A stretch of 63,927 nt of DNA, filler included, from Acidimicrobiia bacterium (GTDB lineage Bacteria; Actinomycetota; Acidimicrobiia; Spongiisociales; JAENVV01), in the NCBI GenBank assembly GCA_041577335.1. It is 3 parts of 3 records of this genome, joined end to end, with 100 filler letters (N's around TTAATTAATTAA, not from the genome) between each part and the next. Parts side by side here need not be neighbours in the genome. Positions count along the whole stretch, not along the records: positions 29,217 to 58,233 come from JBFGJH010000042.1; 2 more parts are not named here. One strand, 5' to 3'. A program made the translations under genes and the position numbers. Each line of letters begins with the position of its first letter. The first letter of the stretch is position 1. Shown here piece by piece: positions 38,870 through 48,104 of the stretch. The notes below the pieces were generated by a model. That model saw nothing but the letters and a program-made list of their open reading frames with translations, was not told the DNA's origin and ran no database searches.

Positions 38870-39814
38870 ATGACCGACGCACCTGGCGACGGAGGCGGAG
38901 CCGAGGTTCTCGATCCTTGGGATGACAACCAGTCACCTCCTGATGGGACTGGCGATGTTCTTCCCCAGATCCGCAACATCTGGGCCTGGTGGGGCTGGAC
39001 CATGGTCGTCGTGGTGATAGTCGTGACCGGCGTGGCGATCTTCGGCGATATCCTTCGGGCCAGCGTCCTGCTCGACCTGGTGTCTTTTTGGCCGGTGTTT
39101 CTGTTGATCGCCGTCGGCGCAGCAGTGTGGACGGCGAAACGGAACTCGTGGCCGGCGAGGCTTGGTTCGGCCATCTCGTTGATGGCGCTCACCGCTCTCC
39201 TGGGGGTCGTGGCCTTACATCTGCTTGGCTGGTCGGCGCTTCCCTCGTCCGTTGTGTTGGAGGGGCCGCCGTTCGAGGGCGGCGATGTGAGCCTGGAGAT
39301 CGTCGTGAGAGATGGCCTCGTGCTCGTGGACACCGCAGAGCGCGAGTCCGCGTTCGCAGTCTCCTTGATCCCTCGCGGTGGCTCGATCGCGGCGCCCCGC
39401 GCCACCGGCCTCGACTCCGAACCTCTCGATGTCAGCCTTGTCGAGCGCGGTGACCCTGGTTTACACCGGTCGGAAGGCTGGGTGGTCGAGCTGGCCGAGT
39501 CCGGTCGTTGGGCCGTCGTCCTGGAGGCGTTGGAAATCGACGCCGATCTACGCGACACCGTGGTTGAGTCGTCGGTCTTCGACGGAGCCGGCTCGGTCCT
39601 GCTGGACGGGGTTGCGCCAGGATCGACCATTGAGCTGCGCGGTGGACCATTCGCCATCGAGGTGCCGCTGGGTGTTGGCGTCGGCGTAGAGGGCGATGCC
39701 ACGGTCCCACCGGATTGGACGGCTACCGAATCGGGCATGGCGTCGCCCGCCGGTAGTGGGGGCTTTGTGATCGTGGTGACCCCAGAGGCCCAGGTTGAGA
39801 TCAGCCACCCGTGA
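38870..39814 (+). CDS. Hypothetical membrane protein (N-terminal TMs, beta-rich C-terminus)
   Basis: Abuts upstream stop; FWPVFLLIAVG TM motif resembling LiaF/LiaI-type proteins. Confidence 0.7.
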   Translation: MTDAPGDGGGAEVLDPWDDNQSPPDGTGDVLPQIRNIWAWWGWTMVVVVIVVTGVAIFGDILRASVLLDLVSFWPVFLLIAVGAAVWTAKRNSWPARLGSAISLMALTALLGVVALHLLGWSALPSSVVLEGPPFEGGDVSLEIVVRDGLVLVDTAERESAFAVSLIPRGGSIAAPRATGLDSEPLDVSLVERGDPGLHRSEGWVVELAESGRWAVVLEALEIDADLRDTVVESSVFDGAGSVLLDGVAPGSTIELRGGPFAIEVPLGVGVGVEGDATVPPDWTATESGMASPAGSGGFVIVVTPEAQVEISHP

Positions 39815-39871
39815 CGGCGGGCGACTGACAGCACCGGCTCTGACACCAGGCCCCGGTACACTCTGAGTCCA

Positions 39872-41095
39872 ATGCAAGACTCCATCGAACGAATCAGGCG
39901 ATTCGGAATCACAGTATGGGCCATCGTCGGGTGCCTGTTCGTAGCCTGGGCAGCAGGGTGGCTCCTGTGGAAAGTCCACATCATTTGGCTTCCCATCGTC
40001 TTTGCCTTTGCCATTGTCTACATCCTCAACCCATTCGTGACCTGGTTGAAGCGGCGGGGGATACCGCGTCCACTCGGCGCGGCCGTCGCCTATGTGGTCT
40101 TTGGCGGCGCGATCGCCGCCCTGATCATCGTCGCGGCCCCGATCATCTCGGAGCAGGCCGATCGGCTCGGCGAACAGTTCCCGCTCATCATGGATGACGC
40201 CCTGGCGACCACCGAGGACATCTTCCAAGCGGCGGGCCTCGATGTCCAGTTCCCGACCTATGACGAAATCCTCGCCCAGGTGAGCCAACCAAATGAGGCG
40301 CTCGCCGAGGACCTGCAGGGCTTGGCCGGGACCGTATTCTCGCTGTTGGGGAGCCTCGCCGAGGCCGTCGCTCTCCTGATCGTGACCCCCGTTCTGGCGT
40401 TCTACCTGCTCGTCGATGCTCCCCGTCTCGGCCAAGAGCTGTCCGATCTGGTCCCAGACGACTATCGCGAGGAGATGACGGGTTTGGGCCACAACCTGTC
40501 AAAGGCCCTGGGAGGCTTTGTACGCGGTCAGCTGGCGGTGGCGGTTGTGGTCGCCATGATGTCGGGCACGGGCCTGTATCTGCTGGGCGTCGAGCTCTGG
40601 CTGATTCTGGGCATCATTGCCGGCGTGACCAACATGATCCCGTTTGTCGGGCCATGGATCAGCGGGATCCTTGCAACCGCCGTGGCACTCGTACTCGGTG
40701 ACGTCGGATTGGCAGTCGCGGTGGCGTTGTTGTTCCTGGGGGTTCAGCAGGTCGACAACCACGTCATTTCGCCCTTGGTCTTGCGAGCCACGGTGAAACT
40801 GCATCCGACGATCATCATCCTGGCGCTCTTGGTGGGCGGATCGTTGGGGGGCTTCGTCGGCTTGATTCTGGCGGTCCCACTGACGGCCTTGGGCAAGGTT
40901 CTCGTGTCACATTTCTGGCGGACTCGGATGCTCGGGCAGCAGTGGGAAGAGGCCTCGCAGGCGTATGTCGTGGAGTACGGGCCTCCTGCCCCTGACAGCC
41001 TGGCGGGTCGACTGACGCGAGTCGGTGGCCTCCAGCTTCAGAAGCCGGCTGTCCGCCACCGCGATTCCAACAAGCCCGAAGCCGACGCCGGCTAG
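39872..41095 (+). CDS. AI-2E family transporter
   Basis: YILNP, GFVRGQL, IPFVGP, QQVDNHVISP, LHP, LAVP motifs. Confidence 0.92.
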   Translation: MQDSIERIRRFGITVWAIVGCLFVAWAAGWLLWKVHIIWLPIVFAFAIVYILNPFVTWLKRRGIPRPLGAAVAYVVFGGAIAALIIVAAPIISEQADRLGEQFPLIMDDALATTEDIFQAAGLDVQFPTYDEILAQVSQPNEALAEDLQGLAGTVFSLLGSLAEAVALLIVTPVLAFYLLVDAPRLGQELSDLVPDDYREEMTGLGHNLSKALGGFVRGQLAVAVVVAMMSGTGLYLLGVELWLILGIIAGVTNMIPFVGPWISGILATAVALVLGDVGLAVAVALLFLGVQQVDNHVISPLVLRATVKLHPTIIILALLVGGSLGGFVGLILAVPLTALGKVLVSHFWRTRMLGQQWEEASQAYVVEYGPPAPDSLAGRLTRVGGLQLQKPAVRHRDSNKPEADAG

Positions 41096-41382
41096 GCAAC
41101 CGCTCTCACGGTCGCCGTGACCACCATGGCGATCAGCACTATCGCCACGAACGACAGTTTCCGCCATGCCGCCGCACCGGCCGCGAGCGCACCCGCGAAA
41201 CGGGCGTCGATGGCTATGGCGCCGTCGTTGTCGAAAACCAGCACCACGATGAGTCCGGCGAACAGCGCCGCCGGGATGAGGCCGGCGTAGCGTCCCCGAT
41301 CACGCGGCGGGGCCCAGAGCACCCCCAACGCCTTGAAGCCGAACGCCCCGGCGGCAAGGATCGTGATCGCAGTCCAACTCAT
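41092..41382 (-). CDS. azlD: AzlD-domain protein
   Basis: MSWTAITILAAGAFGFKALG..IPAALFAGL; overlaps azlC stop. Confidence 0.8.
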   Translation of the reverse strand: MSWTAITILAAGAFGFKALGVLWAPPRDRGRYAGLIPAALFAGLIVVLVFDNDGAIAIDARFAGALAAGAAAWRKLSFVAIVLIAMVVTATVRAVA

Positions 41383-42038
41383 GGCGCCTCCTGCCGCAAC
41401 GCACCGAAGCCGGCAAAGATCCCGAGCGCCGACAGGAGAATGGGCACACCCGGTGCCGCGAACGGAATCGCGACCAGGGCGATGCTCCCGCCTGCGATTG
41501 CCGCCCGCAAACCCGATTGCCGCTGCAGATGCGGGACGATGAGAGCAATGAACGCCGCCGGGAAGGCCGCGTCGAGCCCATAAATGTTGGGGTCGGCAAC
41601 AACCTCCCCGACGGCCATCCCGATGGCGGTGCCGAGCTGCCAGAGCGTCCATAGCGACACGGCAGTGAACCAGAACGCGTCGCGAGCTGTGGCCTCGTCC
41701 TCCTGAGCGGTGGCCATGGCGGTGGTCTCGTCGATGACGAACTGCGAGCTGGCCAAACGCGGCACCAGCCGTTCGGGGAGGATCCGGATGACGGCTTGGC
41801 CGTAGAGCGTATTTCGGGCCGCCAGGATGAGCGCACTCGCCAAGGCGGCTGCGATGGTCCCGCCTGCCGAGATCACGCTGACCGCGGCGAACTGCGATGC
41901 CCCGGTGAATACGAACACCGACATGGCCATGCCCTGCCAGAGAGTCAGCCCGGCAGCCTCGGCGAGCACTCCGAACGTGATGCCTACCACGCCCGTTGCG
42001 ACGGCCAGCACGAAGGCGTCTCTGCGATGCTTCAGCAC
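41379..42038 (-). CDS. azlC: AzlC family branched-chain amino acid exporter
   Basis: FG, MSVFVFTGASQF, IDET, GLDAAFPAAF. Confidence 0.9.
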   Translation of the reverse strand: MLKHRRDAFVLAVATGVVGITFGVLAEAAGLTLWQGMAMSVFVFTGASQFAAVSVISAGGTIAAALASALILAARNTLYGQAVIRILPERLVPRLASSQFVIDETTAMATAQEDEATARDAFWFTAVSLWTLWQLGTAIGMAVGEVVADPNIYGLDAAFPAAFIALIVPHLQRQSGLRAAIAGGSIALVAIPFAAPGVPILLSALGIFAGFGALRQEAP

Positions 42039-42094
42039 CGCAGGGAGTCTAGGAGCGCCCGTTTTGTCGCCAACGGCTTGTACCCTGAGCTGCC

Positions 42095-42805
42095 ATGACC
42101 GAAGAGATAGCGCCCCAAGACTCCTACGTGAAGTCCGTCGACGCTCACGTCACCGACGTCATCGACCAGGGTTTGATCCTCGACAAGACGGTGTTTTATG
42201 CCCGAGGAGGCGGCCAACCAGGCGACACCGGAATTCTCGTGGGAGACTGGGGCAACCTTCCCATCACCGACACGTTCCGTTTCAAGGGAACGCCCGTGCA
42301 CCAGTTCGATGGAGCCCCTCCTCGCGTTGGCGACCCTGTTCACGCAACCATCGATTGGGACCGGCGCCACCTGCTCATGCGCACCCACACTGCCGTGCAC
42401 GCCCTCACGGCCATCCTGTGGTACGAGTTCGGTGTCAAAGTCACGGGTAGTGGCATGGAGCCAGGAGTCGGTCGCGCCGATTTCCCACTCGACTCCATCT
42501 CCGTGGCCTTCGGTGAGACGGTGGAAGCAAAGCTCAACGAGGCGCTCGCCCGAAACCACGAGACGGCCATCCGCTATCTGCGCCGGGAAGAGGCCTTGGG
42601 AGATCCCGATCTCATCAGGACCCAGGTGAGCCTGCTGCCCGATTGGCTCGACCCGATACGTGTTGTCGACATCATCGGCCTCGACAAGCAGGCGGACGGC
42701 GGCACCCACGTCCGGTCGACGGCCGAGGTCGGCGCCGTTCGGGTCGTCAAGACCGAATCCAAGGGCAAGAACAACAAGCGGATTCGGATCGAGCTCGTTC
42801 CGTGA
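42095..42805 (+). CDS. Free-standing alanyl-tRNA editing protein (AlaX-M)
   Basis: FYARGGGQPGDTG, MRTHTAVH, QADGGTHV. Confidence 0.9.
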   Translation: MTEEIAPQDSYVKSVDAHVTDVIDQGLILDKTVFYARGGGQPGDTGILVGDWGNLPITDTFRFKGTPVHQFDGAPPRVGDPVHATIDWDRRHLLMRTHTAVHALTAILWYEFGVKVTGSGMEPGVGRADFPLDSISVAFGETVEAKLNEALARNHETAIRYLRREEALGDPDLIRTQVSLLPDWLDPIRVVDIIGLDKQADGGTHVRSTAEVGAVRVVKTESKGKNNKRIRIELVP

Positions 42806-43770
42806 TCGATTTCCTTCTCGGGATCGCCTTCGCGGCACTCCTGGTGCGCGGGTGGATGCGAGGGTTCGTGAAGGAGCTCATGGACGTCGCCGGCCTGGTC
42901 GTCGGCATCATCTTTGCGTTTCGCCTTTCGGCCCCGGCCGGCGACTTCTTCGGTTCGTGGACCGGCTTGAGCGATGGGCCCGCTCGGATTGCCGGGGGCA
43001 TCGCCGTCTTCTTGCTGGTGGGGATCGCCGCCTCGGTGGGAGCGCACTACCTCGGACGGGCCCTGGACCGGCCGGGCTTGAAGATGTCGAATCGCCTCCT
43101 CGGTGCGGCCCTCGCCATGGCTTGGGGGTGGGCGCTGGCCACCTTGGTCTTGTCGGTTGTTGTGGTGATGCCGTTTCCGAAGTCGATCACCGACCCACTC
43201 GACGCGTCAACGCTCGTCGAAGCGCTCACCAACCCTGAGCTGCCAACCCAGCAGGCGTTTCACTCGGTGGCGGGGGATCGAGCGCTCGAATCGGTGCTGG
43301 CTCTGCAACGGCTGGTGGGTAACCGCGAGGTCGTCGTCGGGGTTGGGGAGCGGATTGAACTCGAACCGCAAGAAGCCTCCGAGCTGGAACCCGACACAGA
43401 AGCCGCCCTCGAGGTGTTCGCGTTGCTCAATGCGGAGAGGGTGCGGGCCGGTGTCGACCCATTGTCCTGGTCAGAGGGCCTGGAGAGCGTGGGCCAGGGT
43501 CACGCCACCGAGATGTACGTGGAGGGATACTTTGCGCACGAATCACCGGTGACCGGCGATGTTGGTGACCGACTGCAAGAAGACGGCCTCCGCTACCGGC
43601 TGGCGGGCGAGAACTTGGCCCTGGCGGCCACGCCCGGCCTCGTCCACGAAGGCTTGATGAGGAGTGCCGGGCATCGTGAGAACATCGAGCGACCCGAGTT
43701 CGTGCGGGTGGGAATCGCGGTCATCGACGGGCCACTCGGGCTGATGGTCGTGCAGGTCTTCACCGGATGA
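42802..43770 (+). CDS. CvpA-family membrane domain fused to CAP (SCP) domain
   Basis: RGWMRGFVKE and NRLLGA CvpA motifs; LNAER, GYFAHES, GENLA, LMRSAGHRENI CAP motifs. Confidence 0.87.
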   Translation: MIDFLLGIAFAALLVRGWMRGFVKELMDVAGLVVGIIFAFRLSAPAGDFFGSWTGLSDGPARIAGGIAVFLLVGIAASVGAHYLGRALDRPGLKMSNRLLGAALAMAWGWALATLVLSVVVVMPFPKSITDPLDASTLVEALTNPELPTQQAFHSVAGDRALESVLALQRLVGNREVVVGVGERIELEPQEASELEPDTEAALEVFALLNAERVRAGVDPLSWSEGLESVGQGHATEMYVEGYFAHESPVTGDVGDRLQEDGLRYRLAGENLALAATPGLVHEGLMRSAGHRENIERPEFVRVGIAVIDGPLGLMVVQVFTG

Positions 43771-44183
43771 GCAATTCTCCGGAGGTGACGTTGCAGCGTG
43801 CCCTGGTGGCGGTGTATCCCTTGTATGCCGAACGGATCGTCATCCCGTTCGGCGTCGAGCCCGACGCTGCGTATGTTGCCCAAGGACAAGCCTGGCTGGC
43901 CGCCGAGCTCGAAGCCCTTTTGACGCTTCCATATCCCGAGCAGGCCCGGGGGCCGTTCGAATTGTTTCAGGAGGCCACCCGCTTCATTGGTGATGGCCTG
44001 GCTGCGGCTGGGGCAAAGGCGCCGGATCGGCCGCCGACCGACGACGAGGCGCTGCCTGGTGATCGCTATGGCATCGCTCCCATCTCGACGCGTGAGCTCG
44101 GGAGGACAGTTTGGGAGGCACACCTACGCTGGGGCGCCGCCAAGGCAATGGCGCTGCGCGACCATGAATCTCTCGGTGGCTAG
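43767..44183 (+). CDS. Hypothetical protein
   Basis: ATGA coupling to upstream gene; coding-like composition; HLRWGAAKA end. Confidence 0.7.
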   Translation: MSNSPEVTLQRALVAVYPLYAERIVIPFGVEPDAAYVAQGQAWLAAELEALLTLPYPEQARGPFELFQEATRFIGDGLAAAGAKAPDRPPTDDEALPGDRYGIAPISTRELGRTVWEAHLRWGAAKAMALRDHESLGG

Positions 44184-45595
44184 AGGTCGGCGACAACCTT
44201 GAGCTCGGCGATGGCTGCGTGGATGCAATCCACGAACGCGTCGTTGTCGGGAAGCAGATCCCAATCGCTGTTGATGCCCCAGTTCAGCATGCCGTTGTAG
44301 GAGAACACGGCGATGCCGTAGCCGTGGTTCTCCCACAATGGCACCAGCGGATATTGTGCCACCATCTCCGACTCCATCAGATAGAGCGGGATCTGAGGAC
44401 CAGGCACGTTGGTGACCGTGGTGGCGAACGGCCGCCGCCCGGCTGCCAATCTCGTGCCGAGGGAGAGAAGCGTGATGGGCGTGCCCGAGCTCATCTGCAC
44501 GAGAGTGGCGGCGCCCAAAGCTTGATCGGAGCGTTTGAGGTGAGCGGTCTCTTCTCGAACCGCCTTCAGTCGGAGAATCGGATTCGGTTCTGAGACGGGG
44601 AGACTCACCAGCCACATGGCCACCTGATTGCCCAGTGTGCCCTTCTGCGATTTGGTGCGCACGCTCACCGGTGCCATGACCCGGTAGCCCAACTCGTCGA
44701 CGTCGGTGCCACGCTGCTCGGTCAAGAACTTGCGAAGCGTCCCAGCCACGATGGTCAGTACGACATCATTGACCGACCCGCCGAGCGCGTTCTTGATGGC
44801 CTTCACGTCGGCGAGGGGCGTGTCGGTCCACGTGAAGCGGCGGTTGGGCCCGATCGGGGCGTTGAGCGGGTTGGCGTCACCTTTCTTGAGCCAGCCCGAT
44901 TGCAGCGACGCGGTCACCGCCGAACTGCGCCGGATCAAGTTGCTCATGGTCTCCTGGGTCTTGTCCTTGAGCTCGCCAGGCTTGACCACCCGGTCGAGTG
45001 ACTCCCGGAGTCGGCGGGCGACGTCACCCACCACCATCTGTGCTCCGGAGGGCTCTGGGCGCGGTTTCCATGGTTTCACTTCGCCGGGGTTGGGGTCCGG
45101 AACCATCCCCAGCATCGCGGCGAGCAGGTCGACGCCGGACATGCCGTCGATCATGCAATGATGGATCTTCGCCACCATGGCGAAGCGGCCTTCAGAGAGG
45201 CCCTCCACGAACCACAGCTCCCAGAGCGGTTTCGACTGGTCGAGTTTGTTGGACATGATCCGTCCGGACAGCGCCTTCAACTCTTCGATGCCTCCCGGTC
45301 TGGGCAGGCTGGTATGGCGAACGTGGTACTCGATGTTGAAATATTGGTCGTCTACCCAGACGGGGTAGCGCTCGATGGGTATCCATGCCAGGCGCTGACG
45401 GTATCGCGGGATGAATTGGAGCCGGCTCTCCATGAACTGGCGGATCTTGGCAATGTCGAGGCCACCGTCCGAGTCGACCACGCCTTTTCCGTCGAAGATG
45501 GCGACGGAGCCGACGTGCATGTGGGTGGTTCGTGAGTCCAGGGCGAGAAAGGACGTGTCGAGAAACGAGAGGCGTTCCAGTGTGCGGTCGGGCAT
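44180..45595 (-). CDS. Wax ester synthase/diacylglycerol acyltransferase (WS/DGAT)
   Basis: HHCMIDG active site, PLWE, SVNDV, TNVPGP. Confidence 0.95.
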   Translation of the reverse strand: MPDRTLERLSFLDTSFLALDSRTTHMHVGSVAIFDGKGVVDSDGGLDIAKIRQFMESRLQFIPRYRQRLAWIPIERYPVWVDDQYFNIEYHVRHTSLPRPGGIEELKALSGRIMSNKLDQSKPLWELWFVEGLSEGRFAMVAKIHHCMIDGMSGVDLLAAMLGMVPDPNPGEVKPWKPRPEPSGAQMVVGDVARRLRESLDRVVKPGELKDKTQETMSNLIRRSSAVTASLQSGWLKKGDANPLNAPIGPNRRFTWTDTPLADVKAIKNALGGSVNDVVLTIVAGTLRKFLTEQRGTDVDELGYRVMAPVSVRTKSQKGTLGNQVAMWLVSLPVSEPNPILRLKAVREETAHLKRSDQALGAATLVQMSSGTPITLLSLGTRLAAGRRPFATTVTNVPGPQIPLYLMESEMVAQYPLVPLWENHGYGIAVFSYNGMLNWGINSDWDLLPDNDAFVDCIHAAIAELKVVADL

Positions 45596-45640
45596 TGCTT
45601 GAATCTACCGGATGCGAGAGACGCCTGGATCGTCGCCCTC

Positions 45641-45668
45641 CAAAGTAGTTGCTTGAGTAACTACTTTG
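45641..45668. promoter_or_regulatory. AT-rich inverted repeat, candidate operator
   Basis: CAAAGTAGTT-GCTTGAGT-AACTACTTTG between divergent genes. Confidence 0.55.
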
Positions 45669-45711
45669 CCGGTTGTAGGGTGAGGTGGTCGAGTGAATGA
45701 GAGGGTTTGAC

Positions 45712-45996
45712 ATGGTCGATGATGCAGCCACGAAGCCGAGCGGTGGCGCGGTGGTGTTGGGCGTGGTTGGCATTGCCCTCTATCTGGTGGTGGGCTGGGT
45801 CTACCTTGCAAGCGGCCTCGTCGTGCCCTTCCCGTGGGTCGTCGGGCTCTGGGTGTTGTGGCTTGCCGGGCTGCCGCTGCTGTGGCGGGCTTTCAAGACC
45901 CAACCGGTGTGGGCGTGGACCGTGGCTGCCGGAGCAGCCGTCGTGTGGGTCGGCCTCGTTCTGGCGGGTGGAGCGCTGTTCGGCTGGACGGCCTGA
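45712..45996 (+). CDS. Small multi-TM hypothetical protein
   Basis: Hydrophobic ORF ending GGALFGWTA; GAGAGG upstream of ATG 45712. Confidence 0.7.
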   Translation: MVDDAATKPSGGAVVLGVVGIALYLVVGWVYLASGLVVPFPWVVGLWVLWLAGLPLLWRAFKTQPVWAWTVAAGAAVVWVGLVLAGGALFGWTA

Positions 45997-46000
45997 GGGT

Positions 46001-46306
46001 TTAGAGGTACATCCCGGTGGGGGGCTCTCCAGAACCGTGACTCGACACGAGGGGCAGTTCTTCCAGGTCGGCTAGCACGGAGGCCTTGAACTCCATCTGG
46101 TCTCGCTCCTTGCGGGCCTCGCAGATCAGGTCATCGAGCTCTTCTCGGATGCCGGACAGGTCGGTGAGGAACTCTTCGTACTCGGCCATGGTGGTGCGCA
46201 TGCTGAGCTCCCAGAGCACCAGCTTGCAGAGATACTCGACTTCATCGTCGCTGAGGTCGGCGGCGGCGTGAGGTCCCCGGGTTGGGTCAATTCGGAAATC
46301 GCTCAC
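46001..46306 (-). CDS. Hypothetical acidic helical protein
   Basis: AAGGAG RBS before GTG; strong GC3 bias. Confidence 0.7.
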   Translation of the reverse strand: MSDFRIDPTRGPHAAADLSDDEVEYLCKLVLWELSMRTTMAEYEEFLTDLSGIREELDDLICEARKERDQMEFKASVLADLEELPLVSSHGSGEPPTGMYL

Positions 46307-46581
46307 GATGGTCTCCTTGGGCCGTTCTCTTTACATCTACTCCTACTACGGCACGGCGAGGGCAAACCTTGATAGGGCGAGCGGGCTATTTCGAATCGGC
46401 CCTGCGGTGACCAGTCAGCTGGTGCCACGGTGCGTGTGGTTTTCGCAGCGGGCTAGCCAGGGGACGCCTGGTGTGACTAGATACCGGGAGGTGTCGCCGG
46501 ATCCAGATGGGCGACAGGAGCCAGCCTCAACGGTTCGTCTTCGAGGACTACGGTTGGTTCGATGACGTCAGAGGAGATCCA

Positions 46582-47019
46582 TTGAATCAACAAGACTTCC
46601 CGGCGCCTTCGGAGGGATTCGTCGTCACCCACATGCTTGTCGTCGAGGACGTCGCCCGATCGGTCGACTTCTATGTGAATGTGCTCGGCGCCAGCGAAGT
46701 GATGCGGGTGCCCGACGGGCCTGCCATTCTCGGGTTCTCCAACACCTGGATCATCCTCAATGTTGGCGGTGGACCCACCGAGGACAAGCCGACGGTGGTG
46801 CTCGCTACCCCCGACGATCCCGATCGCGTGGACAGCTTCATGAACATCCGTGTCGCGGACATTCAGGCGACCTACCGCAAATGGAGCGCGGCGGGTGCCA
46901 CGTTTCTGACCCCGCCACAAGACCGGGGCGCAGAGATCCGTTGCTACATCCGCGACCCCGACGGCCACCTCATCGAGGTCGGGCAGGCGACGGGCGTGAT
47001 GGATGGTGGAAGCGGGTAG
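46582..47019 (+). CDS. VOC/glyoxalase family protein
   Basis: THMLVVEDVARSVDFY, IRDPDGHLIEVG; TTG start after GAGGAG. Confidence 0.88.
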   Translation: MNQQDFPAPSEGFVVTHMLVVEDVARSVDFYVNVLGASEVMRVPDGPAILGFSNTWIILNVGGGPTEDKPTVVLATPDDPDRVDSFMNIRVADIQATYRKWSAAGATFLTPPQDRGAEIRCYIRDPDGHLIEVGQATGVMDGGSG

Positions 47020-47080
47020 TCGAGGCACGAACCGACGCCGATATTCCCGCAGAGTCATTGAGGTAGACCGGCCAAGGAGC

Positions 47081-47815
47081 ATGAGCTTGGATTTTCACGA
47101 CAAGACGGTTCTCATCACCGGCGCTTCGAGCGGGATCGGCGAACGGTGCGCGGAGCGCTTCGCCGCCCTGGGCGCGACCGTCGTGGTCAACTCGGCCCGG
47201 AGCGTGGAGGCTGGGGAGGAGGTTGCCGAGCGCATCGGCGGTCTCTACCTACAGGCTGACGTCAGCGACGAGGCGGCGGTGCAGGCGATGGTCGCCGGCG
47301 CGGTCGACCGGACAGGAAGGCTCGACGTGGTGATCAACAACGCCGGTGCCACCGAGGTGATCCCCCATCACGACCTCGATGCGGTGACAAACGACATCTG
47401 GCACCACATCATGGGCACCAATCTGACCGGAACCTGGAACGTGACCAGGGCGGCAGTGCCGCACCTACGCAACTCCGACAACGGCAACATCATCAACGTC
47501 ACGTCGCTGGCCGGTGTCCGGGTCCTCGGCAGCTCGATCCCCTACGCGGTATCAAAGGCCGGTCTGAACCATCTCACCCGGCTCCTGGCGCGGGCGTTGG
47601 GTCCCGACGTTCGGGTCAATGCCGTTGCTCCCGGGTTGGTGGACACACCCTGGACGGCAGACTGGGACGAGATCCGCGAGCAGGTGCAAGCGACTGCACC
47701 GATGCGCCGCTCAGCCTCGCCCGACGACATCGCCGAGGCGTGCCTCTACCTGGCGAATTCGACGTTCGTCACCGGAGACATCTTGATGGTCGACGGAGGC
47801 CACCACCTGCTGTGA
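47081..47815 (+). CDS. SDR family oxidoreductase
   Basis: TGASSGIG, NNAG, YAVSK, NAVAPG, DGG. Confidence 0.93.
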   Translation: MSLDFHDKTVLITGASSGIGERCAERFAALGATVVVNSARSVEAGEEVAERIGGLYLQADVSDEAAVQAMVAGAVDRTGRLDVVINNAGATEVIPHHDLDAVTNDIWHHIMGTNLTGTWNVTRAAVPHLRNSDNGNIINVTSLAGVRVLGSSIPYAVSKAGLNHLTRLLARALGPDVRVNAVAPGLVDTPWTADWDEIREQVQATAPMRRSASPDDIAEACLYLANSTFVTGDILMVDGGHHLL

Positions 47816-47818
47816 CTC

Positions 47819-47970
47819 CTACCGTCCGGCTAGCGGGAACTGCTCGGCCACTTCTTTGCGACAGGTCGACCCAGCCAATCCCGCCTTGTGACGAACCCCG
47901 TGCGGACGATGACGACGTCGCGGTCTTGGTCGATGTAGAGGTATTGGCCGAACGACGCAGCCAGCCACTC
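47819..47970 (-). pseudogene. Frameshifted 3' remnant of a serine hydrolase/beta-lactamase-family gene
   Basis: Minus strand reads FGQYLYIDQDRDVVIVRTG, continuing in shifted frames as SSQGGIGWVDL and EVAEQFPLAGR*; no N-terminal part seen. Confidence 0.6.
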
Positions 47971-48104
47971 GGGAGAGATCACTGGCTGTCCATCGACGGC
48001 GCCATCGTCGAGAACCAGTTGACCAAAGTGCGCCGTCTGATCGCGAACACGGGTTAGTCAGAACCTGTCTTGGTACTCTCGTCGCAATGGTCGGCCTGCG
48101 GTCG

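Noticed and set aside
39841..39862. PafBC motif upstream of the AI-2E transporter (TGACAC-N10-TACACT)
   Set aside because: The core GTC is broken and the gene has no repair link; kept only as an ordinary -10
48058..48080. IS5-like terminal sequence TCAGAACCTGTCTTGG
   Set aside because: No matching second end or transposase found; too short to support
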